A DNA stretch of 61,546 nt, taken from positions 1 to 61,546 of the forward strand of contig JAJYXW010000040.1 of NCBI GenBank assembly GCA_021801525.1, in the 5' to 3' direction. Both the position numbers and the translations under genes were made by a program. The DNA is from Actinomycetes bacterium (lineage in GTDB: Bacteria; Actinomycetota; Acidimicrobiia; Acidimicrobiales; JAJYXR01). Shown here piece after piece: positions 9,755 to 18,584 of this stretch. The stretch's first letter is position 1, and each line of letters begins with the position of its first letter. The notes under the pieces are model-generated. The model saw only the letters and a program-made list of their open reading frames with translations. It did no database searches and had not been told where the DNA came from.

Positions 9755-9805
9755 TCCCCGAGGAGGCCGGCTATGGCTCTTCCCCGAGGACGCCGGCTAT
9801 GGCTC
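9755..9805. repeat. 26-bp tandem duplication spanning the stop codon of the minus-strand GT4 gene
   Basis: TCCCCGAGGA(G/C)GCCGGCTATGGCTC occurs at 9755-9779 and 9781-9805. The unit is not a multiple of 3, so the TAG is in frame only in the distal copy. Confidence 0.85.
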
Positions 9806-10991
9806 CGGCGAGCAGCTCGGCTCCCATGTCCTCGCAGAAACGCTCCTCCACGATCCGCCTGCCCAGCTTGCCCATGGCCGACCGCTCCTCGGGCGGACTG
9901 CGCAGCACTGCGGCCAGGGCTCCTGCCAACGCCTCCGGTTCGCCCGGAGGAACGAGCACCCCGCTCCCGGGTTCCACTAGCTCGGGTATTCCGAACGCGT
10001 CGCTCGCCACGACCGGCAGCTCCATCGCCATCGCCTCCTTCAGGACCACTGGCATCGAATCGCGGTCGCCCCACGACGCGATCCTGCAGGGAGCTGCGAG
10101 CACGTCGGCCCCGGCCAAGAGCTCCATGACATCCCCCGGGGAGATGTCCCCGATCAGCTCCACGCTCTCTGTCAGGCCAAGCCTTGCAATCAGCTTTCGG
10201 AGTGGTTCCTCCTCGCTGCCCGAACCTGCTATGCGGCAGCGCACCCCTGGGTCGTGCGTGAGCGAGAGCAGTCCTACGGCCCTCACCAGGACGTCGAAGC
10301 CCTTCTTTTCCTCGAGCCTGCCGACGCCCACGATCACCTTTCCCGGGCGCGCAGGCCGCGGCTCCTCGAGTCGTACTCGGGCTGTATCTACGCCCGCGTA
10401 TTTCACGAGGACGTCGCCGGCAGCAATCCCCGGGCACCTCTCTACGATCTGCTCCACGTTGTAGCGGCACACGGTGACCCTGAGCGCAGCCGAGCCGAGA
10501 ACACGCCGGAGGGTCCCCTGCCTCACGTACAGGTCCGCACCGTGGACGGTGACGCCGAAGGGAACACCGGCAAGGCGCGACGCGAAGTACGCCACCTCCC
10601 CCGCTACGTCGGCGAAATGGGCGTGCAGGTAGCGGATCTCGCGCTTTGCGACCAGGTGCGCCACGACGAGCGCCCTGCCGAGGTCAACCAATGCCAGCCT
10701 GCTCGGATGGCGGGCCACGACTGCCGCGCACGCGAGGCTGCGCCACGGATGGCGGGTGATCGTCGCCAAAACGGCCGCCAGACGCGCCCTCCTGGTGAGT
10801 TCCTCGATCCAGAGCGCGCGATCGACGAGCGCCTGCACGCCCGGATGCTCAACCGAGTCCTCCTGACGCTGACAGGCGATGATGGCCGGGGAGATCCCCC
10901 GGCGCTCCAGAGCCAGGAGCTCTTCCACGATGAACGTCTCCGACAGCTTCGGGAACTTCCAGAGAACATATGCGATCGGCCCGAGCGTCAC
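9771..10991 (-). CDS. glycosyltransferase, GT4-like (WcaL-like N-terminus)
   Basis: IAYVLWKFPKLSETFIVEELLALERRG at the N-terminus. EEKKGFDVLVRAV..PCRIASWGDRDSMPVVLKEAMAMELPVVASDAFGIPELV in the C-terminal half. GTG start. Confidence 0.8.
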   Translation of the reverse strand: MTLGPIAYVLWKFPKLSETFIVEELLALERRGISPAIIACQRQEDSVEHPGVQALVDRALWIEELTRRARLAAVLATITRHPWRSLACAAVVARHPSRLALVDLGRALVVAHLVAKREIRYLHAHFADVAGEVAYFASRLAGVPFGVTVHGADLYVRQGTLRRVLGSAALRVTVCRYNVEQIVERCPGIAAGDVLVKYAGVDTARVRLEEPRPARPGKVIVGVGRLEEKKGFDVLVRAVGLLSLTHDPGVRCRIAGSGSEEEPLRKLIARLGLTESVELIGDISPGDVMELLAGADVLAAPCRIASWGDRDSMPVVLKEAMAMELPVVASDAFGIPELVEPGSGVLVPPGEPEALAGALAAVLRSPPEERSAMGKLGRRIVEERFCEDMGAELLAGAIAGVLGEEP

Positions 10992-10992
10992 A

Positions 10993-12024
10993 GTGGTCGT
11001 CCCCGTTCACGGCCGTCTGGAGCTTGCACAGCGGTGCATCGCGTCGATACCGCAGTGGGCAGAGGTGGTCGTGGTAGACGACGGCTCGCCGCAGGATGCG
11101 CGTTCCCGGCTCCAGCCGACCTGCCCCCGGGCTCGGTTCATCGTCCACGAGGAGGCCAAGGGCTTTGCCGGTGCCGCCAACGCCGGGCTCGAGGCTGCCG
11201 GCGGCGAGGTACGCGTGGTCCTGAACAGCGATGCCCGGCTGATGCCCGGTGCGCTCGAGGCCCTGACTGCTGCGTTCGCGGACCCCTCGATAGGCATAGC
11301 CGGACCACGCCTCGTCTTCCCCGACGGCAGCCACCAAACCTCTGCTTCGAGGTTCCCGACTCCCCTGCGCCTTCTCACGGGCTCCTTTGCATTGAACGAA
11401 GCCTACAGGGCGATCAGGCCCCGCTCCCGCTTTCCTTTCGAGCTAGGCATGGCACGCGCCGAGCATCGTAGCGACCGCGACGTGGACTGGGTGATCGGCG
11501 CCTGCATAGCGCTGCGCGACACCTGCCTGGTCGAGCTCGGTGGCTACGACGACGAATACCCCTTCTACGTCGAGGAGACCGACCTCTGCTGGCGAGCGCG
11601 CCAGCGAGGCTGGAGGGTCCGCTACGTCGCTTCTGCCACCGTGGTCCACGAAGGCGGAGCGTCGAGCGCACCCCCGGCTCTGCTCGCGGAACACCTGCTC
11701 CAGGGCGAGGCGCGCTTCATGGTGCGGGCCTACGGTGAGCGGTCGCTCCCCCGATGGTGGGCAAGCCGGGTGTTGGGAAGCGCCATCAAGGCTTCCGCGT
11801 TCGGGGCACTGGCGCCGTTCGACTCCAGGATGCGTAACCATGCTCAGTGGCAACGTTCCGCCCTCGCGCACCTCATAGGCACGGCGAAGGAGAATTTCGG
11901 CCGACGTAGCGCGCAAGGTCTCGCGGAGCGGGGCGTTATCAACCTGACGGACTGCATGGGGCGCCGGCTCGGCGCCCAAGCAGAGCGGGTGGCGTCACAG
12001 GGTACGCAGGCCAAGGGGGGCTGA
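10993..12024 (+). CDS. glycosyltransferase, GT2 family
   Basis: VVVPVHGRLELAQRCIASI..VVVVDDGSPQD..GFAGAANAGL..LNSDA..VEETDLCWRARQRGW. The GTG at 10993 is preferred because ORF-track start 10879 overlaps the divergent gene by 113 nt. ATG 10930 is also possible. Confidence 0.7.
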   Translation: MVVPVHGRLELAQRCIASIPQWAEVVVVDDGSPQDARSRLQPTCPRARFIVHEEAKGFAGAANAGLEAAGGEVRVVLNSDARLMPGALEALTAAFADPSIGIAGPRLVFPDGSHQTSASRFPTPLRLLTGSFALNEAYRAIRPRSRFPFELGMARAEHRSDRDVDWVIGACIALRDTCLVELGGYDDEYPFYVEETDLCWRARQRGWRVRYVASATVVHEGGASSAPPALLAEHLLQGEARFMVRAYGERSLPRWWASRVLGSAIKASAFGALAPFDSRMRNHAQWQRSALAHLIGTAKENFGRRSAQGLAERGVINLTDCMGRRLGAQAERVASQGTQAKGG

Positions 12025-12036
12025 GAGGAGAGCCCG

Positions 12037-13539
12037 ATGGCCACGAAGCAGCTTCGTACTGCGTTCTTCCCCATTAGGGAAGCGCTCGCGCGAGCCGCGC
12101 GACATAGCGTACGCGGCATTGCGGCGTCGCTCCTGGCCGGGGGTGTCCTCGTGGCAGTGATGCTGGCAGGTGTCCAGAGCGCGTCGGCGCAGGTGGGATC
12201 GAACCCTTTCTCCACGGACGGCAGCGTGGTGTCGAGCGGGCAGCCAGTCCCGAACGTCCCCGGAACCACCGGCAGCTTCGTCCTCGGCAGCCTCACCAAC
12301 ACTACCGGGTACATATCGCCGGCCGAGAACGCGAGTGGGCAGGTGACGATCGACGAGACAAGCTCCACTTCGTACTACTCGTGTAACTCCGCCGGTAAGA
12401 GCTGCACTGTCTCGAGCGCGGCCAGCGTGGTCGCACCCGGGAACGAGCTGTTCGTGTCCGGCCACTATTTCGTCGAGAACGGCACCTACGAGCTGATCGC
12501 CGAGTATGTCTTCAGCCCGCCGCCGGCATCTTCGACGGCGCCGCCCGCGCCTCCGGCGCCGCAACCCACCGGCTTCTACGACTACATACCGGCCAACGCC
12601 TTCGGCGTCACGGGTTATGTCACGTCACCGGGCACCTACCTCGTCAACCAGCTCCTGTGGAGCCCGCTGTGGGGGTTCACGCTCGGCCACTTCGGGAGGT
12701 TCCCGAACGGCTACGGATGCGGATCTGCGAGCAACTGTACGACTGAGCAGATCGCGCTCTCCAACTCCAACCATCTATTCATCGACGCGACCTCCTTGAC
12801 GACCACGTTCTGGCTGGCCAGCGCCACGGCCACCACTTCGAGCGGCGAGGTTGTGGGCTGCAGCTACAGCCAGAGCACGGACACCTTCGCCGTCATCGAC
12901 TACTACGGATCGAAGGACGGTCTGACCGCCACCGGGAGGTTCCTCTACAGCGGGAACCAGTGGCGCTTCACAGCGTCCAATGTGTTCTCGCCGCCGCCGG
13001 CGCCGCCAAGCGCCTACGCGGCGGGAGGTGTCTGCGCCTCGACTCCCCAGAGGATCGGCCCGGTGAGCGCCTCGTCTCCTGCCGTGTCGGAGTCCTCGCA
13101 TGGAACCGCCCAGCCGGGAGGCACCGGCTACGACAACACGACCTGGCAGGGCACGTTCGGCACAGGGTTCGGGCCCGAGGGCGGGGTCTTCTCGGACGGA
13201 ACGATCCAGCTCACGCTCGACTGGGCACTCGTTCCCGCCGCCGGAAACCTGCCGGAGCACTGGCACTTCTATGGCACCTATACCGCATCCAACCAGTCAG
13301 GGTCGACAACCCTGGCAGGACAGATAAGTGGCTCGGCGGGGGTGGCGTCCACTGGCGCGGGGACCGAGCCTGTCAACGCGACCATGACCATGGACCAGGG
13401 AACCGGCCAGTTCGCCGGATTCAGCGGGTACGGGACCGTCTCCGGTGACGCCGCTTACAGCGCCGGCCAGCCGCTCCCCGTGCTCCAGAGCCTCGACTTC
13501 GTCTGGAACATTCAGTCGACGTCGAGCTCCGGCACGTAG
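12037..13539 (+). CDS. secreted protein of unknown function with internally duplicated segment and Pro-rich linkers
   Basis: RBS GAGAGGAGAG lies upstream of the start. N-terminal TM/signal sequence GIAASLLAGGVLVAVMLAGVQSASAQ. The motif (Y/N)VFSPPPA(S/P).. occurs twice, about 155 aa apart. Confidence 0.6.
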   Translation: MATKQLRTAFFPIREALARAARHSVRGIAASLLAGGVLVAVMLAGVQSASAQVGSNPFSTDGSVVSSGQPVPNVPGTTGSFVLGSLTNTTGYISPAENASGQVTIDETSSTSYYSCNSAGKSCTVSSAASVVAPGNELFVSGHYFVENGTYELIAEYVFSPPPASSTAPPAPPAPQPTGFYDYIPANAFGVTGYVTSPGTYLVNQLLWSPLWGFTLGHFGRFPNGYGCGSASNCTTEQIALSNSNHLFIDATSLTTTFWLASATATTSSGEVVGCSYSQSTDTFAVIDYYGSKDGLTATGRFLYSGNQWRFTASNVFSPPPAPPSAYAAGGVCASTPQRIGPVSASSPAVSESSHGTAQPGGTGYDNTTWQGTFGTGFGPEGGVFSDGTIQLTLDWALVPAAGNLPEHWHFYGTYTASNQSGSTTLAGQISGSAGVASTGAGTEPVNATMTMDQGTGQFAGFSGYGTVSGDAAYSAGQPLPVLQSLDFVWNIQSTSSSGT

Positions 13540-13598
13540 AAAGAACCACCGAGAGGTCCGCCAGCACGGGGAGCGTTGCGGAAAGGGGGGCAGGCTGC

Positions 13599-14690
13599 AT
13601 GCGGATACTACTCACTCACCCCACCTCGTGGCCGGCTGTGCGCCGCGGGATGGAGCGGCTCTTCGCGGACCTCGAGCGATACCTTCGCGACGAGGGGCAC
13701 GAGGTTCACACCGTAACGGCCCGGCGGAGCTCGGGCTCCCGGCCGGTCCATGGTCGGCTCGCTCGCAGGATCCCCGATCCCGCTGTCACTTACCAGCTCC
13801 GGGTCGCGCTCGCTATTAGGAGACACCGGCCGGATATCGTCCACGGCCTCCACTATCTCGACGGCGCCGGGCACAGGCTTGCCGGTCGGGCAGGCGAGGT
13901 CGCTCCGCTGGTGTTGCACATTCCTGGCATCCCCAGTGCAGCCGCACTCGCCTGGCGCCCGTACCATGGGACCATCTTCCGCGCCTCCTCCAGGCGCGCC
14001 ACTGCGGTGATAGCGATGAGCAGGGCTGCCCAGTCCGCGCTGGCTCGCGACTTCGGCCGCCGTGCCGTCGTCGTTCCGAACGGGGTCTTCACCTCGGAGA
14101 TGGCGGCACTCGCCTGCAGGGTCGAGCGCTCCGAACGTCCCACCGTCCTCTTCCCGGGGGACGCGACCGATTCGCGCAAGCGCGTCCACCTCCTTGCCGA
14201 CGCGTTGGCGTTGCTCCGGGAAAGCTTCCCCGGCCTGCGGATGCTGGTGGCCTGGCCGATAGACGAGAACACGCGGCTAACTCTCCAAGCGCGATCGGGC
14301 GTCCCGGTGGAGGTGCGCGACGTACCCGAGCCGGCGATGATGGCGGCTCTCTACGCCGAGGCTTGGGTCACCTGCCTACCCTCTGTCGACGAGGCGTTCG
14401 GGCTCGTGCTCGTCGAGTCTCTTGCGTGTGGCACGCCGGCCGTCGGTGCCCGCCACGGCGGGGTTCCCGAGGTTCTCGGTGAACCCGCCTGGCTGGCTGA
14501 GCCCGATGACGCACGGGACTTGGCCCGGACGCTCGAGCGGGCCCTGGCTGATTCGAGCACGCCGCAGTCGCCGACCCACTGCAGCGAGCTTGCCGCACCC
14601 TTCGACTGGTCGGCTGTCGGGCCGCGTCTGGTCACTCTGTACGAGGAGGTCCTGGAGTCGAGACCGCGTCTCGCCTGGGCGCGGTCATGA
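13599..14690 (+). CDS. glycosyltransferase, GT4 family
   Basis: MRILLTHPTSWP..; LPSVDEAFGLVLVESLACGTPAVGARHGGVPEVL. Confidence 0.85.
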   Translation: MRILLTHPTSWPAVRRGMERLFADLERYLRDEGHEVHTVTARRSSGSRPVHGRLARRIPDPAVTYQLRVALAIRRHRPDIVHGLHYLDGAGHRLAGRAGEVAPLVLHIPGIPSAAALAWRPYHGTIFRASSRRATAVIAMSRAAQSALARDFGRRAVVVPNGVFTSEMAALACRVERSERPTVLFPGDATDSRKRVHLLADALALLRESFPGLRMLVAWPIDENTRLTLQARSGVPVEVRDVPEPAMMAALYAEAWVTCLPSVDEAFGLVLVESLACGTPAVGARHGGVPEVLGEPAWLAEPDDARDLARTLERALADSSTPQSPTHCSELAAPFDWSAVGPRLVTLYEEVLESRPRLAWARS

Positions 14691-15871
14691 CTCACACCAC
14701 CGGCAGCCACACCACCGGCAGCCACACCACCGGCGCGCGCGGTGGTGACAGTAGGAAGGTCGTGCTCGCCAACCCTTGGCTGCCCCCCGATGTCCGCCGG
14801 GGAAGCGAGGTAGTCATGTCCGAGCTCGCCGGCTGGCTGAGCAGGCATGGCTGGGAACCGGAGCTACTCGGCGGGGCCTTGCCCCAGGCCCGCTCCCGCC
14901 CCGCGTCGCGCCCGCGCGGAGAAGATCCGATCGAGGGGGTTGCGTCACGGCGTGTCAAGGCTCCCATCGAGCGAAGCTGGCCCGGAGGGCTCGATCGCGA
15001 CGCATCGCTTGTGCCGGTCATGGCGCGAGAGATGCGGCGTGTACGGCCAGCGGTAGTCCACTCTTTCCACTACACGGACGCCGCTGCCGCTCGCCTCGCC
15101 CGCCTGCCCTACATCGCCACCTGCGAGGGCATACCCCTCCGCTGCTCGTTCTCGGGCAAGCCTCTGCACAGGGCCCTGCTCGCCATGGGCTGGTCGGGCG
15201 CAGCCATCCTGGTCAGCCCGAGCCGGGCAGTTGCCGACCACTTGCGGATCACGTTCGCCCTGGCTTCCGAGGTCGTCCCCAACGGGATCGACATCTCGCG
15301 CTACGAAGGTCTCAGCGAGCAGCGCATCCCTGGGATGATCGTCTGCGCGGCGGCACCCGAGGACCGCCGCAAGCGAGCCGAGGTTCTCGTCGACGCGTTC
15401 GGCATCCTCGGGACGCGCATGCCAGAGGCTCAGCTCGTCTTCGTGGCAGGCCCGGTGAGCAAAGTGCGCGAGGAAGCGCTGCTCGCGCGGCTCGATGCAC
15501 GCCGGCGTGAGCGCGTCCGCTTCCTCGGCCAAGTGGAGCGTGCCGAGCTCCTACGCTGGTACGCGCGCGCCTCGGCGACGTGCCTGCCCAGCGTGAACGA
15601 GGCGTTCGGCATGGTGCTCGTCGAGTCCATGGCGGCGGGCACCCCTGTCGTCGGCGCCCGTCACGGAGCCATCCCCGAGATCGTGACGGACTCGACCGGC
15701 GCGACCTTCGCGCCCGACGACCCGTCCTCGTGCGCGAGAGCTCTGGAGGAGGTCCTCTCGTGGGACGACGAGCGCTGCGTCGCCGAAGCCTGCCGTGCCC
15801 GCGCTGCCTGCTACGACTGGTCCTGCGTAGGCCGGCTCGTCGCCGAGCTCTACACCCGTGCTGCCCCATGA
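14687..15871 (+). CDS. glycosyltransferase, GT4 family
   Basis: ATGA overlap with the preceding GT4 gene. LPSVNEAFGMVLVESMAAGTPVVGARHGAIPEIV. Confidence 0.85.
   Translation: MTHTTGSHTTGSHTTGARGGDSRKVVLANPWLPPDVRRGSEVVMSELAGWLSRHGWEPELLGGALPQARSRPASRPRGEDPIEGVASRRVKAPIERSWPGGLDRDASLVPVMAREMRRVRPAVVHSFHYTDAAAARLARLPYIATCEGIPLRCSFSGKPLHRALLAMGWSGAAILVSPSRAVADHLRITFALASEVVPNGIDISRYEGLSEQRIPGMIVCAAAPEDRRKRAEVLVDAFGILGTRMPEAQLVFVAGPVSKVREEALLARLDARRRERVRFLGQVERAELLRWYARASATCLPSVNEAFGMVLVESMAAGTPVVGARHGAIPEIVTDSTGATFAPDDPSSCARALEEVLSWDDERCVAEACRARAACYDWSCVGRLVAELYTRAAP
14693..14735. repeat. 15-bp tandem repeat, about 2.9 copies (CACACCACCGGCAGC), in frame at codons 3-16 of the GT4 gene
   Basis: Encodes HTTGSHTTGSHTTGA directly after the ATGA junction. 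Confidence 0.9.
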
Positions 15872-15940
15872 GACTGGGCTGCCCATGAGACTGGGCTGCC
15901 CATGAGACTGGGCTGCCCATGAGACTGGGCTGCCCATGAC
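15860..15940 (+). repeat. 17-bp tandem repeat, about 4.7 copies (GCTGCCCATGAGACTGG), forming four ATGA-linked 6-codon mini-ORFs between the GT4 gene and the flippase gene
   Basis: ATGs at 15868, 15885, 15902, 15919 and 15936. Each ATG AGA CTG GGC TGC CCA TGA ends on the A of the next ATGA. The first ATGA contains the GT4 stop and the last ATG is the flippase start. Confidence 0.95.
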
Positions 15941-18584
15941 GCCTATCCTTCCGAGCACCGACACTGCGTCCCCCGAGGGCGCCCGGCCTTCGCTCGTGAC
16001 CCTCGCCGGGCGTGGCGCGCTCGTCAGCTTCGGCTTCAGTGTCGCGATGCAGTTGCTTTTTTCCGTACAGGGCATCGTGCTCGCGCGCATGCTCGGACCG
16101 GCCGTCCTCGGCCTGTACGCGATCGCCGTCGCCGTAGTCGGCATCGCTGGAGCGCTGAAGAACACCGCTATCGCGCAGAAGCTGGTCCAAGAGCGCGACG
16201 TCGACCTGTTCACCGCCTACCGGGTGGCTCTCACCCTCGAGCTCCTGCTCTCGAGTGCCTGTGCCGGCGTCCTCCTGGTGGCGTCTCCGATCCTGGCAGC
16301 GGTGTACCACCGCCCGCAGCTTTGGCCGGTCACCAGCGCGCTCGCCGCGTCGCTGCTCGCTACATTGCTCGTGGAGCTGCCCGTCGCGCTCTTGTACCGC
16401 CAGATGCGCTTTGCGCGCCGCGCAACCCTGCTCGCCGTCGCCCCCGTGTCCGGAGCCGCGACGAGCCTCGTAGCTGCGTACCTCGGAGCTGGCATATGGA
16501 GCCTGGTCGCCGGCGACCTGACCGGGCTTGCAGTCGCAGCTGCCGTGGTCGGCTTCGCGGCACCGATGCGTCCGGGGCTGTGCTTGGACCGGCGCGTGCT
16601 ACGGCGCTACCTCAGCTTCGGATGGCCGTACTGGGGCAGTGGGATGCTCTCGGCAGCAGCGGGGTGGGGAGCCATAGCAGCTGTGTCCGCGACAATGGGG
16701 ATATCGGTTGTCGCCTTCTTCGAGCTCGCCCTCGCTTGGAGCCGGCAGGTGCTGAAGGTCGATACCGCTCTCGCCGATGCCGCATATCCTGCGCTCTGCG
16801 CGCGCCCTGCCGCTTCTGATAGCACGATACGCGCGTTCTCGCTGACTAACCGCATCTCCATGCTGTTCGCGGCGCCCGCGGGCCTAGGGCTGGCCGTGCT
16901 TTCAGGGCCGGCGGTCGCGGTGCTTCTCGGTCCCCCCTGGATGCCGGCCGTACCTCTCGTCGCCGCCGCGGCTATTGCCGTCACGCTCGACGCCCTCGGA
17001 CACAACTGGCACGTCTTTCTTGCATCTCGTGGAATCACCTGGCCGCGTCTCGTGACCACTGCCCTCGCGGTCGCGTGGACGGGCCTGGTGCTCGTGCCCG
17101 CGCTGGTCACCTTCGGCATAATCGGTGCGAGTGCCGCCATTGCCGGCATGGGAGCCGTCTCCCTGGTGGTGAGGCAGCACTTCGTCCGCCGCTTCGTCGG
17201 TCCTGTCAACCTGGTGCATATGGTGAGGCGCGAAACCTTCGCCGCTGCGATCGCCGCCGGTATCCTCCTCGCTGCTCGGATCCTCGGCTGGGACCCGGGC
17301 GGTGCCGTGGGCCTGGTGGAGCAGGGTGCGTTTTACCTTGCGATCTTCGGCGCAACGGCGCTCCTCGTCAGCCGGGACCTCATCGCGCTGGCCATCTCCA
17401 TCCTGCGCGTTCCCCCCCAACCCATCTCCGCAACTCCTCCCCAGCCCTCTCCTTCCCGCACGCCGACCGGCGTCGCCTGGCGCCGCGAGCTAGAGCTCAC
17501 AGCTCGCATGACAACCCCCGAGCCGATGGCCTTCCCGTTGCTCGTGGCAGCTGACCAAGCAGGTGGAGCCATGTGGGTCACCACGCGCGACTGGCCGGCG
17601 CTGGGCCGCCTGGACTTGGCGACAGGCACGTGGCGCTGGACACGCCTTCCCGCGTTTCCCCACGCCCCGACTCCCGACGGGTATGGCGGGTGCTGGAGCG
17701 CCCTCACACGCTCGAGTGCACTAGCCCACGTCGGCGCGGACGGCAACGCCTACCTGGTGAGATTGCCGCGTACTAGGGAGCTCCTCGTGACGGCAATCTC
17801 CGCGGAGCGCCTGTTCGCCGTGGACGCGGATCGCAAGCTGCTCTGGAGCCTTCCGGCGATCCGCCCCGAGGCTCCGCACAACCTGCCAGGTGCCCTGGAG
17901 CCCACTGAACCCCTGGCCCTCGTGCTCCCAGAGGAAATGGTCCGCCCGGATTTCGCCGTGCGCGCCATCGGCGGCGAGGTATGGGTTGGCGACACCCAGA
18001 GCGCTGTCATCGCGGTCTTCGAGCTCGGAATGTCGGGAGTGCCCCGAGCCTCGGGAGCCGCGGGAGCCGCCCCCGAGGCCTCCCTGCGCACCCTCGCTGG
18101 GCCCCACCCCTGCAGGGCGATGGTCGCCGACGAGCGCCGGGGAGGAGTATGGCTCGGCGCGTCGGAGCGCAATGCGCTCAGCCTGGTCGACCCGGCAGGC
18201 CGGGTGCTCTCCAGCATCGAGCTGCCATCCACACCCTTCGGCATCGCCCTACTAGCCGACGGGAGGCTTGCCGCCGCACTCAGAGAAAGCGATGCCGTCG
18301 TCCTCGCCGATCCCGAGCTAGGCAAGCTCGAGATGCTCGACCTGCCCGATGGCTCCGCGCCACTTGGGTGCGCCGCGGGCGTCGTGCCTGGGATCCACGC
18401 CGGCGAGGAGCGCGCACAAGGCTCTGTCTACGTCACGCTGTCCGGGCGCTCCGAGATAGCCGTGCTCGCGACTCCTCCGCCCTGCAGCGAAGGCGAGCCC
18501 GGAAGCCTCAGGCGCCCCGGGGCGATCCAGCCACAGGTTCCGTCGCTTGGCCTGCCGCACCAGGCAAGCGCACATCTTCGTTGA
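15936..18584 (+). CDS. Wzx/MOP-family polysaccharide flippase fused to a ~380-aa C-terminal extracytoplasmic domain (beta-propeller-like, tentative)
   Basis: The first ~490 aa are polytopic and match a polysaccharide-biosynthesis-protein layout. A Pro-rich linker (PPQPISATPPQPSPSRTP) follows. The soluble region after it has repeated strand-like segments (..MWVTTRD..LGRLDL.., ..VWVGDTQSAVIAVFE.., ..VWLGASERNALSLVD..). Confidence 0.7.
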   Translation: MTPILPSTDTASPEGARPSLVTLAGRGALVSFGFSVAMQLLFSVQGIVLARMLGPAVLGLYAIAVAVVGIAGALKNTAIAQKLVQERDVDLFTAYRVALTLELLLSSACAGVLLVASPILAAVYHRPQLWPVTSALAASLLATLLVELPVALLYRQMRFARRATLLAVAPVSGAATSLVAAYLGAGIWSLVAGDLTGLAVAAAVVGFAAPMRPGLCLDRRVLRRYLSFGWPYWGSGMLSAAAGWGAIAAVSATMGISVVAFFELALAWSRQVLKVDTALADAAYPALCARPAASDSTIRAFSLTNRISMLFAAPAGLGLAVLSGPAVAVLLGPPWMPAVPLVAAAAIAVTLDALGHNWHVFLASRGITWPRLVTTALAVAWTGLVLVPALVTFGIIGASAAIAGMGAVSLVVRQHFVRRFVGPVNLVHMVRRETFAAAIAAGILLAARILGWDPGGAVGLVEQGAFYLAIFGATALLVSRDLIALAISILRVPPQPISATPPQPSPSRTPTGVAWRRELELTARMTTPEPMAFPLLVAADQAGGAMWVTTRDWPALGRLDLATGTWRWTRLPAFPHAPTPDGYGGCWSALTRSSALAHVGADGNAYLVRLPRTRELLVTAISAERLFAVDADRKLLWSLPAIRPEAPHNLPGALEPTEPLALVLPEEMVRPDFAVRAIGGEVWVGDTQSAVIAVFELGMSGVPRASGAAGAAPEASLRTLAGPHPCRAMVADERRGGVWLGASERNALSLVDPAGRVLSSIELPSTPFGIALLADGRLAAALRESDAVVLADPELGKLEMLDLPDGSAPLGCAAGVVPGIHAGEERAQGSVYVTLSGRSEIAVLATPPPCSEGEPGSLRRPGAIQPQVPSLGLPHQASAHLR

